64,000 nucleotides of DNA, taken from a virus (Duplodnaviria; Heunggongvirae; Uroviricota; Caudoviricetes). Made by a program: the position numbers and the translations under genes. Of the stretch, positions 41,594 through 50,258 are shown piece after piece. The DNA is taken from the IMG/VR virus record IMGVR_UViG_2857349434_000001, positions 1 to 64,000 of that record, one strand, 5' to 3'. The notes under the pieces are model-generated. The model saw nothing but the letters and a program-made list of their open reading frames with translations. It made no database searches and had not been told where the DNA came from. Within the stretch, counting starts at the first letter, position 1. Each line of letters starts with the position of its first letter.

Positions 41594-44500
41594 GCAGAAT
41601 GACATCCTGTATGACGTCGACATCGACCTGCAGGATAGTCTTCGAGAAATTGATCAGCTCCGCAGCAAACTGAAAAATTTCGGCGACGACCTAGCCGTCA
41701 ACTCCACCCAAGTCCAGCAGCAGATGCGCAAGGCGGCGCAGGATTACGTCGCCTACATCCGCAAACTCGAGAGCGAGATCCGGTCCCTGCAGAAGCAGGG
41801 CCAGGACAGCACGGCCCACGAAGCTCGTCTCCAGCAGGTCCGCAACCGGCAGCGTGCAGCACCCGCGGCGATCGCCGGCGACTTCGCGCGTGGAACAGAG
41901 GCTTCCCAGGCCAACCGCGCTGTCTTCCAGCGCGAAATCAATGAGATGAAGTCGACGACCGACCAGCTGGTCGCCAAGTACGTCGAAGAGGTCAACAACA
42001 CCTATCTCAAGGCGCTCAAGCGGTCGCTCACCAACTGGGACAATGAGGCCCAGCTCACCCGCAACCGCATGGCCGATCGCAACGCCCGCGCGACGATGGG
42101 CGATGCCGCCTATGGCTTCATGAAACAGCGGGAGAGGCGGGAGCTCAACGGCGGCGCCAACCAGTTCCTGTCGCAGGCCGGCATCCTGAACAACTACGCC
42201 CTGGTCGGCGGCGTCTATAGCTCCGCCTTCAGCCTTGGCAACTTCATCGTCAACCTCGACGCCCAGTTCAAGCAGTTCCAGGCGATCACCGGCTCGACCA
42301 ACCAGGAGATGGGCCTGCTGGAGGACCGGCTGCTGTCGGTATCCGAGAAGACCAAGTTCACCGCGAACGAGATCTCCGAAGCCGCGACCATCATGGGCCA
42401 GGCTGGCATGTCGGCTGGCCAGGTCGCGGAAGCGATCGAGCCCGTCGCCAAGCTGGCGACCGCCGCCGGCACCGAGCTGAAGGACGCCGTCGACCTCGTC
42501 ACCTCGTCGCTTAACATCTTCGGCCTGCAGGCCGGCGAGGCGGGCCACCTGGCCGACGTCTTCACCGCGGCGCTGAACGAGTCGAAGCTGACCCTCGATC
42601 AGCTGTCGGCTGCACTCCAGTACGCCGGCAACACGGCGGCGACCGTGGGCGTCAGCTACAACGAATTGACCGCCGCCGTTGGCGCGATGGCGAACGCCGG
42701 CATCAGGTCGGGCTCGACGATCGGCACCGGCATGCGTCAGCTCCTGGTCGATCTGATCACGCCGTCCAAGAACCTGAAGGCGGAGCTCTCCCGTCTCGGG
42801 CTCTCGCTCGAAGACATCGACCTCAAGTCGCACGGCCTGTCCGGTGTCCTGGAGAACCTGAAGAACGCCGGCTTCGACACATCGAGCGCCTTCAGCGGCC
42901 TAGAGGTGCGTGCCGCCGCCGCCTACACCGCGCTGTCCAACAACCTGGACACCATGTCGGAGCTCCGCCAGAGCTTCCTGCTCACCAACGCGGCGGCCGA
43001 GGCGAACAAGACCCAGATGGAGAGCTTGGCCAATACGGCCAAGAACTTCGGCTCGAACCTCGGCGCCCTGGTCTACACCGCCTTCCAGCCGTTCCTGCGT
43101 ACCCTGCAGAACACCATTGCCGTTGGCTCGAACGTCCTGTCCTGGCTTCGTGAGCTGCAGCCCCTCGTCCAGATCGTGGGCACCACCATCGCCACGATGG
43201 TGTCGGCTGCGCTCCTGGTCCGGCTCGGCCGGCTGGTGGCTGGCCTGATTGGCATCGGCACGGCGGCGACCGGCGCGGCCGGCGCCATGGCGGCTCTGCG
43301 CGCGGCCACGCTGGGCAACCCACTCTTCCTCGGCGCCACGGCGCTGATCGTCGGTCTGCAGCTTCTGTCGTCCTACGGCGACACGATGGGTGCCCTGTCG
43401 GCCAAGCTGGACCGGATCAAGACCCAGCAGGACGAATACCAGGCGGCGGTCGACGCGACCAACGATCGCGTCACGACCCTCACAGCGACGATGGACGACC
43501 TGGCCCAGAAGCAGAAGGCCCTGGACAGCGGCAGTGACATCCTGCGCCAGACCAAGGTCATGGAGGTGCTGTCCACCTTCCAGGAACTGACCGGCGAGAT
43601 CGATGCGTCCACGACCTCGGTCGCTGACCTGATCAAGGCCATGCAGAACCTCAAGGCCGAGATGATCAAGGGCCTGCCGGACCAGTTCGGTCTGCTGATC
43701 GACAAGATCGACGAGAAGACCGGCCTGCTTCGTGAGAGCGCGGAGGACCAGGCGACGGGCAAGGGCAGGTGGGTCGCCTCGTACGCTGCCTCCCGGCGCT
43801 TTGGGAACGGCGGCGCTATCGAGACCCGCAATGTGCCAGTGTTCAACGACAAGGTCGCGCAGGAGTTCGGCAAGGACATCGCCGAGGCGTTCCGCATCTC
43901 CACTGACCAGGAGGATCTCGGAAGCATCAGTGGCCAGCGCGCACAAGCCCTGTCTACCGTGCTGGAGCGCATGATCACCCAGACGTCGTCCAAGATCCGC
44001 CCGCTGAGCGACCGCAACGGCGTGCTTGGCATCGGCGGCGATCTGTCGGCCGAAGAGAGCGCCCAGCTCGCCGAGCTGAAGAAGAACCTGGCGTTCCTGC
44101 AGCAGCTGAAGACGGCCTTCGACCCGATCTCGAGCTCGCTCGTCCAGATCGGTGCTGCTCAGGCCGATCGCAGGGTCCAGGTCTCGAAGCAATCGGCTGC
44201 AACGCTGGCCAGCACCAATGGCTACCAGGCGGCCGACAGGACTGCGCTGGAGACGAAGCAGAACCTGCAGAACCGTCTCGGCGACATCATCAAGTCCGAC
44301 CTGCCGATCGAGCAGACCAAGGAGGCCTACGACGCGCTCGAAACCGAGCTCAACAAGGGCATCGAAAAGATCCAGGGTCAGCTCAGGACCGCAGCTGAGG
44401 AAATGAAGAAGGCCGGCTTCTCGGATGAGGAGATCAAGAAGGCCGTCGATGGCAGCGCGCTGACCGAGGACATCGCCGGCCTGAAGGCCGCGTTCAAGAA

Positions 44501-47024
44501 GGGCGCCGAGGGTTCGATCAAGTCCTTCAACAAGTTCCAGGCCTATCTCGCCGAGAACGAGCAGAAGAACGTCGAGCGCCAGATCGCCGCCGTCAAGAAG
44601 CAGCTGGCCGACGCGCAGAACGAGCGCCAGGTCGACCTCCTGGAGAACCAGCTCTACGCGCTCGACAGCAAGCTGGCGAAGCTGGAGCAGGACGCCTTCG
44701 ACGCCGACCCGGACAAGAAGTTGGGTACCAACGACGCTGACCTGGAGCTCGCCAAGCGCCAGATCCGTGATGCCGCCAAAACGCGCAAGGACGACCTGGT
44801 CCAGTCGGTGATCGACAAGCGCGCCGAGCTCGCGGACGCCGCCAACAAGACGTTCGACGAAAACCTGAACGACCAGCTGAAGCGCGTCCAGGACGAGATG
44901 AAGAACCTCGCCGGGTCGATCGATAACAACTCGACCGCCGACTACATCAAGACGGTCAAGGATAAGCTGGACGAGCTCAACAAGAAGGCCCAGGAGCTCG
45001 CCGGCCAGATCGCCAGTATCAGCGTGTCGCAGGACTACGGCTCGTTTGCCGTGGGCGGCCTGCCTTCTGCAAGCGCCACCGACATCCAGCGCAAGATCAT
45101 TGAGGCTGCGAACAAGGCGGGTATCCCTCCGCAGATCGCGCTCGCCATCGCGTCGATGGAAACCGGCGGTACCTTCGATCCGAACAGCAAGAACCCGAAC
45201 TCGTCGGCCCGCGGCATCTACCAGAACACGGATGACAACTGGGCGAGCCACGGCCTGACACCGGGTGACCGCAGCAGCGTCGAGATGCAGATCTTCGCCG
45301 GCATCGAAGACATGCTGCGCACCCAGAAGGAACTGGGCTCCACCCAACTCTCGTTCCGCGACTACTACGGCGCCCACCTGCTCGGCCAGGGTGGCTACGA
45401 GAAGGTTCTCCAGAACCCGAACGCCAATGCTGTCGGCCTCCTTGGTTCCGACGTCGTGGCCGGCAATGGCGGCACCATCACGCAGACCGCGCAAGAGTTC
45501 CTCGACATGATCATGGCCAAGGCCAGCCAGCACCTGGCCAAGGTCAAGGACATGGTCCAGAAGCCGGTCGACGCGGCCGACGATGCCCTGGACACTCAGA
45601 CCAAGAACCTGACCGAGGGCGCCAGCGATGCCATGCGCTCGGCCACGGAGAAGATCCAGAAAAACCAGGTCAAGGCCGCGACCAAGCTGCTCGACAGCCA
45701 GGCCAAGGCGATCGAGGCCCAGATCAACACCCTGATGGTCCAGTCCTCCAAGGCCAAGGACCCGCAGGCGCTCCAGTCGATCATCGACCAGGTGCAGACC
45801 AAATGGGCCGAGATGACCAAGAAGGAGATCGACTCCTTCACCGCGGCCAACGAGGGCACCGATGGTTTCGACGAGCGCCTGGCGGCCCTCAAGGACCAGC
45901 TGGAGAGCGGCCTCGGCGGCAAGATCGTCACGCTGCTCGACCGCTACCAGAGCGCGATCGAAAACCTCGAGTTCAAGCCCCTGGAGGAAGCTCAGGCCAA
46001 GCTCGCGGCGATGCAGAACCCGCTCTACGCGAGCAAGTACACCGACGCCCAGGTCCAGGACGCCCAACACGACGTGCAGCTCCAGCAGCAGGCTGCTCAG
46101 CAGGAGAAGCTGAACCAGCTTGAGCAGCTTCACACCGTCATCCTGCAGCAGCTGTCGGCGGCCGAGCAGCAGTACGGCGCCGACAGCCAGATCGTGCAGT
46201 CTCTTAAGGAGCGCCAGTATTCGGTCGAGCAGAGCCTCGCCGGCGTGCGCCGGCAGGCCAAGGCCGACACCGACGCTGCAGCCCAGGGCGAGCTGTCGCT
46301 CGCGGACGCAATCCAGGCGGCCAACCGTGCCTGGATGCAGCGCAACGGCATCATGGACCAAAACGGCCAGCTGATCTCGGTCGCTCAGCGTGTCGGTGAT
46401 GCCTGGGGCCAGGTGCTCGATGGCCTGACCAGCTCGATGTCGACGCTGTTCACCGATCTCGCCTCTGGCTCAGTGAAGGCTGGAGATGCTTTCAAGAAGT
46501 TCGGCCTGTCCGTCGTCCAGATGCTCATGCAGATGATCGCCAAGGCGCTCGTCTTCAACATGCTGCAGGGCTTGATGGGTGGTGGCGGTACCTCCGGCGC
46601 CGGTGGTGGCTTGCTGGGGATGCTGTTCGGCGCCGGCGGCATGGCCACCGGTGGCATGATCGCGGGTATCAAGCGCGCGGCTCTCGGCGAGATGATCCCC
46701 GGCGGCACCACGCCGTTCCGCGACAGCCAGCTTCGCAAGGTGATGCCCGGCGAAATGATCCTGCGCGCCTCAGCGGTGAACCAGATCGGCCGTGACTCGC
46801 TGGAGAAAGTCAATGCGCTCGGCAATCGTCGGATCTCGGCTGGCATGCCGCAGTTGCCGGCACCCCCGCCGGCCGACCAGCGCCCGGTCAACGTCTGGGC
46901 CGTGCTGCCGGAAGAGAAGCCGCAGCTCGGGCCGGACGACGTGGTGGCCTACATCGGCGACGACATCCGCCGCCGTGGCGTCACGCGCAAGCTCATTCAG
47001 TCGGTTGCCAGTGGGAAGATGTGA
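41583..47024 (+). CDS. tape measure protein with an internal lytic transglycosylase (SLT) domain, about 1813 aa
   Basis: Long Ala/Gln-rich coiled-coil protein; SLT motif IALAIASMETGG...SARGIYQ; TTG start inferred. Confidence 0.85.
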   Translation: MALEQNDILYDVDIDLQDSLREIDQLRSKLKNFGDDLAVNSTQVQQQMRKAAQDYVAYIRKLESEIRSLQKQGQDSTAHEARLQQVRNRQRAAPAAIAGDFARGTEASQANRAVFQREINEMKSTTDQLVAKYVEEVNNTYLKALKRSLTNWDNEAQLTRNRMADRNARATMGDAAYGFMKQRERRELNGGANQFLSQAGILNNYALVGGVYSSAFSLGNFIVNLDAQFKQFQAITGSTNQEMGLLEDRLLSVSEKTKFTANEISEAATIMGQAGMSAGQVAEAIEPVAKLATAAGTELKDAVDLVTSSLNIFGLQAGEAGHLADVFTAALNESKLTLDQLSAALQYAGNTAATVGVSYNELTAAVGAMANAGIRSGSTIGTGMRQLLVDLITPSKNLKAELSRLGLSLEDIDLKSHGLSGVLENLKNAGFDTSSAFSGLEVRAAAAYTALSNNLDTMSELRQSFLLTNAAAEANKTQMESLANTAKNFGSNLGALVYTAFQPFLRTLQNTIAVGSNVLSWLRELQPLVQIVGTTIATMVSAALLVRLGRLVAGLIGIGTAATGAAGAMAALRAATLGNPLFLGATALIVGLQLLSSYGDTMGALSAKLDRIKTQQDEYQAAVDATNDRVTTLTATMDDLAQKQKALDSGSDILRQTKVMEVLSTFQELTGEIDASTTSVADLIKAMQNLKAEMIKGLPDQFGLLIDKIDEKTGLLRESAEDQATGKGRWVASYAASRRFGNGGAIETRNVPVFNDKVAQEFGKDIAEAFRISTDQEDLGSISGQRAQALSTVLERMITQTSSKIRPLSDRNGVLGIGGDLSAEESAQLAELKKNLAFLQQLKTAFDPISSSLVQIGAAQADRRVQVSKQSAATLASTNGYQAADRTALETKQNLQNRLGDIIKSDLPIEQTKEAYDALETELNKGIEKIQGQLRTAAEEMKKAGFSDEEIKKAVDGSALTEDIAGLKAAFKKGAEGSIKSFNKFQAYLAENEQKNVERQIAAVKKQLADAQNERQVDLLENQLYALDSKLAKLEQDAFDADPDKKLGTNDADLELAKRQIRDAAKTRKDDLVQSVIDKRAELADAANKTFDENLNDQLKRVQDEMKNLAGSIDNNSTADYIKTVKDKLDELNKKAQELAGQIASISVSQDYGSFAVGGLPSASATDIQRKIIEAANKAGIPPQIALAIASMETGGTFDPNSKNPNSSARGIYQNTDDNWASHGLTPGDRSSVEMQIFAGIEDMLRTQKELGSTQLSFRDYYGAHLLGQGGYEKVLQNPNANAVGLLGSDVVAGNGGTITQTAQEFLDMIMAKASQHLAKVKDMVQKPVDAADDALDTQTKNLTEGASDAMRSATEKIQKNQVKAATKLLDSQAKAIEAQINTLMVQSSKAKDPQALQSIIDQVQTKWAEMTKKEIDSFTAANEGTDGFDERLAALKDQLESGLGGKIVTLLDRYQSAIENLEFKPLEEAQAKLAAMQNPLYASKYTDAQVQDAQHDVQLQQQAAQQEKLNQLEQLHTVILQQLSAAEQQYGADSQIVQSLKERQYSVEQSLAGVRRQAKADTDAAAQGELSLADAIQAANRAWMQRNGIMDQNGQLISVAQRVGDAWGQVLDGLTSSMSTLFTDLASGSVKAGDAFKKFGLSVVQMLMQMIAKALVFNMLQGLMGGGGTSGAGGGLLGMLFGAGGMATGGMIAGIKRAALGEMIPGGTTPFRDSQLRKVMPGEMILRASAVNQIGRDSLEKVNALGNRRISAGMPQLPAPPPADQRPVNVWAVLPEEKPQLGPDDVVAYIGDDIRRRGVTRKLIQSVASGKM

Positions 47025-47407
47025 TGCAGACCTTCGACTTTCCTTTCCACCTCGTCGAGGACCAATACCCTCAGAGCTCGACGGTGATCCAGTTTGGTGG
47101 CGGCTACCAGTTCGCCACCAAGCCCAACGGGCCGGACCAGATCACCTTCAAGCTCACCTTCAAGGCGATGTGGTTCTTCGAGCGTAGCCCTGGCGTCGTC
47201 GATCGCGATCGCGATCCCCAGATCAACATGGCGCTCATGCAGGACTTCTATGAGGCTCACCGTCTCTATGAGCCTTTCTACTATCCGCACCCCCGCCGCG
47301 GTCTGGTTGTGGTCCGCTTCGCCAAACCTCTGGCAATCCCGAAGGGCGTCGAGAAGGCCAACGGTATGGTCGAGCAAGTCAATGTGGAGTTCACCCTGCA
47401 GCCATGA
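47021..47407 (+). CDS. distal tail protein (lambda M-like / GTA-like)
   Basis: Position immediately after the tape measure. Confidence 0.5.
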   Translation: MMQTFDFPFHLVEDQYPQSSTVIQFGGGYQFATKPNGPDQITFKLTFKAMWFFERSPGVVDRDRDPQINMALMQDFYEAHRLYEPFYYPHPRRGLVVVRFAKPLAIPKGVEKANGMVEQVNVEFTLQP

Positions 47408-47904
47408 GCGTCGAGGCCAATAAACCCCTGGAGCATATGCAGGACGCCCAGAAGCTGACGGCTGATGGCTATGTGAACCTGTACGAGATCCAGCTGAAGA
47501 CCGAGCCAGTCATCCTTCGCCTGACCGACAGTGTGAGCCGGAAATGGCAGGGCCAGGACTGGGAAATGTTCGGTGTGCAGATCTCCGGCGAGAAGCGCTC
47601 AGCTGATGGTGAGGAGACGCGTCCACAGCTCCAGTTCATCAATCCGGAGGGCGTCTTCAGCACCTTGGTCCGTCAGCGCCTGCTCGACCGCGCGACGGTC
47701 ATCCGCTACCGGCTCCTGCGCGAGCACTACGAAGGCGACGTGCAGATCTACCAGCGGCGCATGTGGTGGATCTCACGCATCTCGAACGTAACGGCCGGTC
47801 AAACGATCGCGGCTGAGCTGCGCGTGATGACCGAGGGTCCGAACAGCCGCATCCCGGCTCGTCAGTTCATCCCGCCGGAGTTCCCCATGGTGAGGCTCGG
47901 CTAA
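47404..47904 (+). CDS. minor tail protein (lambda L-like)
   Basis: Position; coupled. Confidence 0.5.
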   Translation: MSVEANKPLEHMQDAQKLTADGYVNLYEIQLKTEPVILRLTDSVSRKWQGQDWEMFGVQISGEKRSADGEETRPQLQFINPEGVFSTLVRQRLLDRATVIRYRLLREHYEGDVQIYQRRMWWISRISNVTAGQTIAAELRVMTEGPNSRIPARQFIPPEFPMVRLG

Positions 47905-48416
47905 TGCGATACCAGCATCTTCTCGGCCGCCAATTCGCCTGGGGTTCACAGGATTGCTTCGGGCTGCTGCGCGACTTCTACCGAGACCTTTTCGGCATCG
48001 AGCTCCCGAACATCGCGCGACCTGAAGACTTCTACCAGAAGGGTCTAAACCTCTTCGCCGAGAACTACAGGAGCATGGGCTTCAAGGAAATTCAGCTGCA
48101 TCCGTCCGAGATCAAATTCGGCGATGTGGCGGTACAAGCGATCAGCTCGACTTTTGGAAATCACTGCGGCGTGTTCGTTGAAAACGGGCGCTTTTTGCAC
48201 CACCTCTACGGTGGCCTTTCAAAGGTTGACCCGTTCCGGGGAATAGTCAGGAACAACTGCATCGGCTTCTACCGCCATCAGGATGTTCCGAGTGTCACCA
48301 TCGAGACGGAGACACGCGACCTTCGGGACTTCCTGTCGCCGAACAAGCAGAAGCTTTTGGATGAACTTCGAGCAGCAAATTCAGGACCTCAAGACAAAGC
48401 TGACGGACGGCCCTGA
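47904..48416 (+). CDS. NlpC/P60-family peptidase-domain tail protein (like the lambda K C-terminal domain)
   Basis: Catalytic Cys in DCFGLL, His in NHCGVF then HH. Confidence 0.7.
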   Translation: MRYQHLLGRQFAWGSQDCFGLLRDFYRDLFGIELPNIARPEDFYQKGLNLFAENYRSMGFKEIQLHPSEIKFGDVAVQAISSTFGNHCGVFVENGRFLHHLYGGLSKVDPFRGIVRNNCIGFYRHQDVPSVTIETETRDLRDFLSPNKQKLLDELRAANSGPQDKADGRP

Positions 48417-48711
48417 GCGCGTTGGCTTCGTCCTCAAGACGGGCGAAATCGTCGAGGTCCAGAACATCTGCGTCCATTCAGACAACGGCTTCGAAGTTTC
48501 AGGCGCCGACCTTCTAAAATTCCACGACCAGGTCGTCGCCACCTGGCACACCCATCCGGGTCAAAATTCCAATCTGTCGACCAACGACTGGTATGGCTTC
48601 CGCAACTACCCAGACTGGTTGCACCTCATCATCGGCACGGACGGCGTGAGCTCGTACCGGGTCGAGAAGGGGCGCGTCCTCTCGGATCAGAAATGGATCA
48701 ATGAAGGTTAA
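48361..48711 (+). CDS. JAB/MPN (JAMM) domain tail protein (like the lambda K N-terminal domain)
   Basis: WHTHPGQNSNLSTND matches HxHx7Sx2D; trimmed to Met27. Confidence 0.7.
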   Translation: MNFEQQIQDLKTKLTDGPERVGFVLKTGEIVEVQNICVHSDNGFEVSGADLLKFHDQVVATWHTHPGQNSNLSTNDWYGFRNYPDWLHLIIGTDGVSSYRVEKGRVLSDQKWINEG

Positions 48712-49222
48712 GGTATTCCTCCACGGATACTTTGCTAAATTCCATGAAGGCCCGATCGAGGTTGTAGCCAACACTGTCGCCGAAGCGGTGACAGCCGTTA
48801 CCCGCCAGCTCCCTGGCTTCCGCCCCAACGCCGTCCGCGGGCGCCATCGCATCTCAGTCGTGGGCTGCGACAAGGTCGAAGACATCTACCGTCCGGCTAA
48901 GGACGGCGAGGTCCATCTCATTCCCCAGTTTGTTGGCGGCAAGAAGGGCGGGTTCCTCCAGATCCTGCTCGGTGTCGCCCTTGTGGCCGTTGGCTGGTTC
49001 GCGGGCATCGGTTTCCTCGTGCAGGCCGGCGCGCTCGCAGTGCTGGGTGGCATCTCGGCCATGCTCAGCCCGCAGCCGGACAGTGAGGACGGCAAGAAAT
49101 CCCATTACCTCGGCGCCTCCGAAAACACTGTCCAGATCGGGACACGCATCCCGATCCTGTACGGCGAGGACCTAGTCGCCGGCCACTACCTCTCCTTCGA
49201 CACTGACGCAATTCGCACATGA
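48701..49222 (+). CDS. tail assembly protein I-like
   Basis: IPQFVGGKKGGFLQILLG and PILYGE align with lambda gpI IVPRVAGAKSGGVFQIVLG and PVLYGE. Confidence 0.75.
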   Translation: MKVKVFLHGYFAKFHEGPIEVVANTVAEAVTAVTRQLPGFRPNAVRGRHRISVVGCDKVEDIYRPAKDGEVHLIPQFVGGKKGGFLQILLGVALVAVGWFAGIGFLVQAGALAVLGGISAMLSPQPDSEDGKKSHYLGASENTVQIGTRIPILYGEDLVAGHYLSFDTDAIRT

Positions 49223-49229
49223 GGCCAGC

Positions 49230-50258
49230 ATGAAACCCACCCATGAAAAGATGATCGAGGCATTCGGCAAGGCCGGCGGCTTCAGGCCTGCCGAACGCAT
49301 GCTTCGCAGCATGGGTTTCGATATCTCCGAGCGGACGCTTCGGCGCGCGCTGGCCAACATGCCCACGGCGGCCGACGAGCCGTTCACGGTCGACGATGGT
49401 CCGGCGATCGACATCGAGGAGCTCCTGGAGCGCCGCATCCGCGTCTTCGAGAAGAAGAACAAGCAGCGCGAACACGACAAGCTGATCCCGGTCAGGATCA
49501 ATATCGACGGCCCGGTCGGCCTCGGCTTCATGGGCGATCCCCACGTCGACAGCGACGGCTGCAACATCAAGCTGCTACTCCGCCACACCGAGATCTTCGA
49601 CGGTCGCAATGAGGGCATGTTCGGCGCCTGCCTGGGTGACATGTGGAACAACTGGTCCGGCCGCCTCGCGCGCCTATGGGCCGAGCAGACCACGGACGGC
49701 GCCGAAGCCCGCGCGCTGGTCGAATACTTCCTGAGCCGGGTCCACTGGATGTTCGTGATCTACGGCAACCACGATCTGTGGTCCGGCCACTCGAAGATCC
49801 TCGACCAGATGCTCGCCGGCAACGCCGGCGCCGCCCGCGACTGGCGCGCCCGTGTCGGCCTCCGGTTCCCGAATGGCCGCACGCTGAAGATCTACGGCGC
49901 GCACGGGTTCCCGGGCAACTCGCAATACCTGAAGAACTTCGGCGCCGTGAAGAAGGCGCTCTTCGACGGTCAGCACGACATCTACGTCTCGGGCCACATC
50001 CACTCGGCCGGCTACACCCTTGGCGCGCACCCGGGCGCGGAGCGCGCCTTTCACGCCGTCCAGGTCGGCACCTACAAGGAGATCGACAGCTTCGGCGATG
50101 CGATCGGCGCGGAGAACCTGAACCTCTACACCTGCCCGGTGGCGCTGATCGACCCGTATGCCACTTCGCCCCTCAACTTCATCCGCTGGGAATTTGATCC
50201 CGAGCAGGCGGTCGACCGCCTCGCATGGATGCGCAAGCGTTGGAAGGACGGCAAGTAA
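49230..50258 (+). CDS. calcineurin-like metallophosphoesterase with an N-terminal HTH-like segment
   Basis: GDPHVD, GDMWN, GNHD and GHIH motifs; N-terminal GFDISERTLRRAL. Confidence 0.7.
   Translation: MKPTHEKMIEAFGKAGGFRPAERMLRSMGFDISERTLRRALANMPTAADEPFTVDDGPAIDIEELLERRIRVFEKKNKQREHDKLIPVRINIDGPVGLGFMGDPHVDSDGCNIKLLLRHTEIFDGRNEGMFGACLGDMWNNWSGRLARLWAEQTTDGAEARALVEYFLSRVHWMFVIYGNHDLWSGHSKILDQMLAGNAGAARDWRARVGLRFPNGRTLKIYGAHGFPGNSQYLKNFGAVKKALFDGQHDIYVSGHIHSAGYTLGAHPGAERAFHAVQVGTYKEIDSFGDAIGAENLNLYTCPVALIDPYATSPLNFIRWEFDPEQAVDRLAWMRKRWKDGK

Noticed and set aside
42900-46361. 1153-aa minus-strand ORF inside the tape-measure gene
   Set aside because: Antisense artefact. The plus-strand product has coiled-coil and SLT-domain features, a correct position after the G/GT chaperones and correct coupling.
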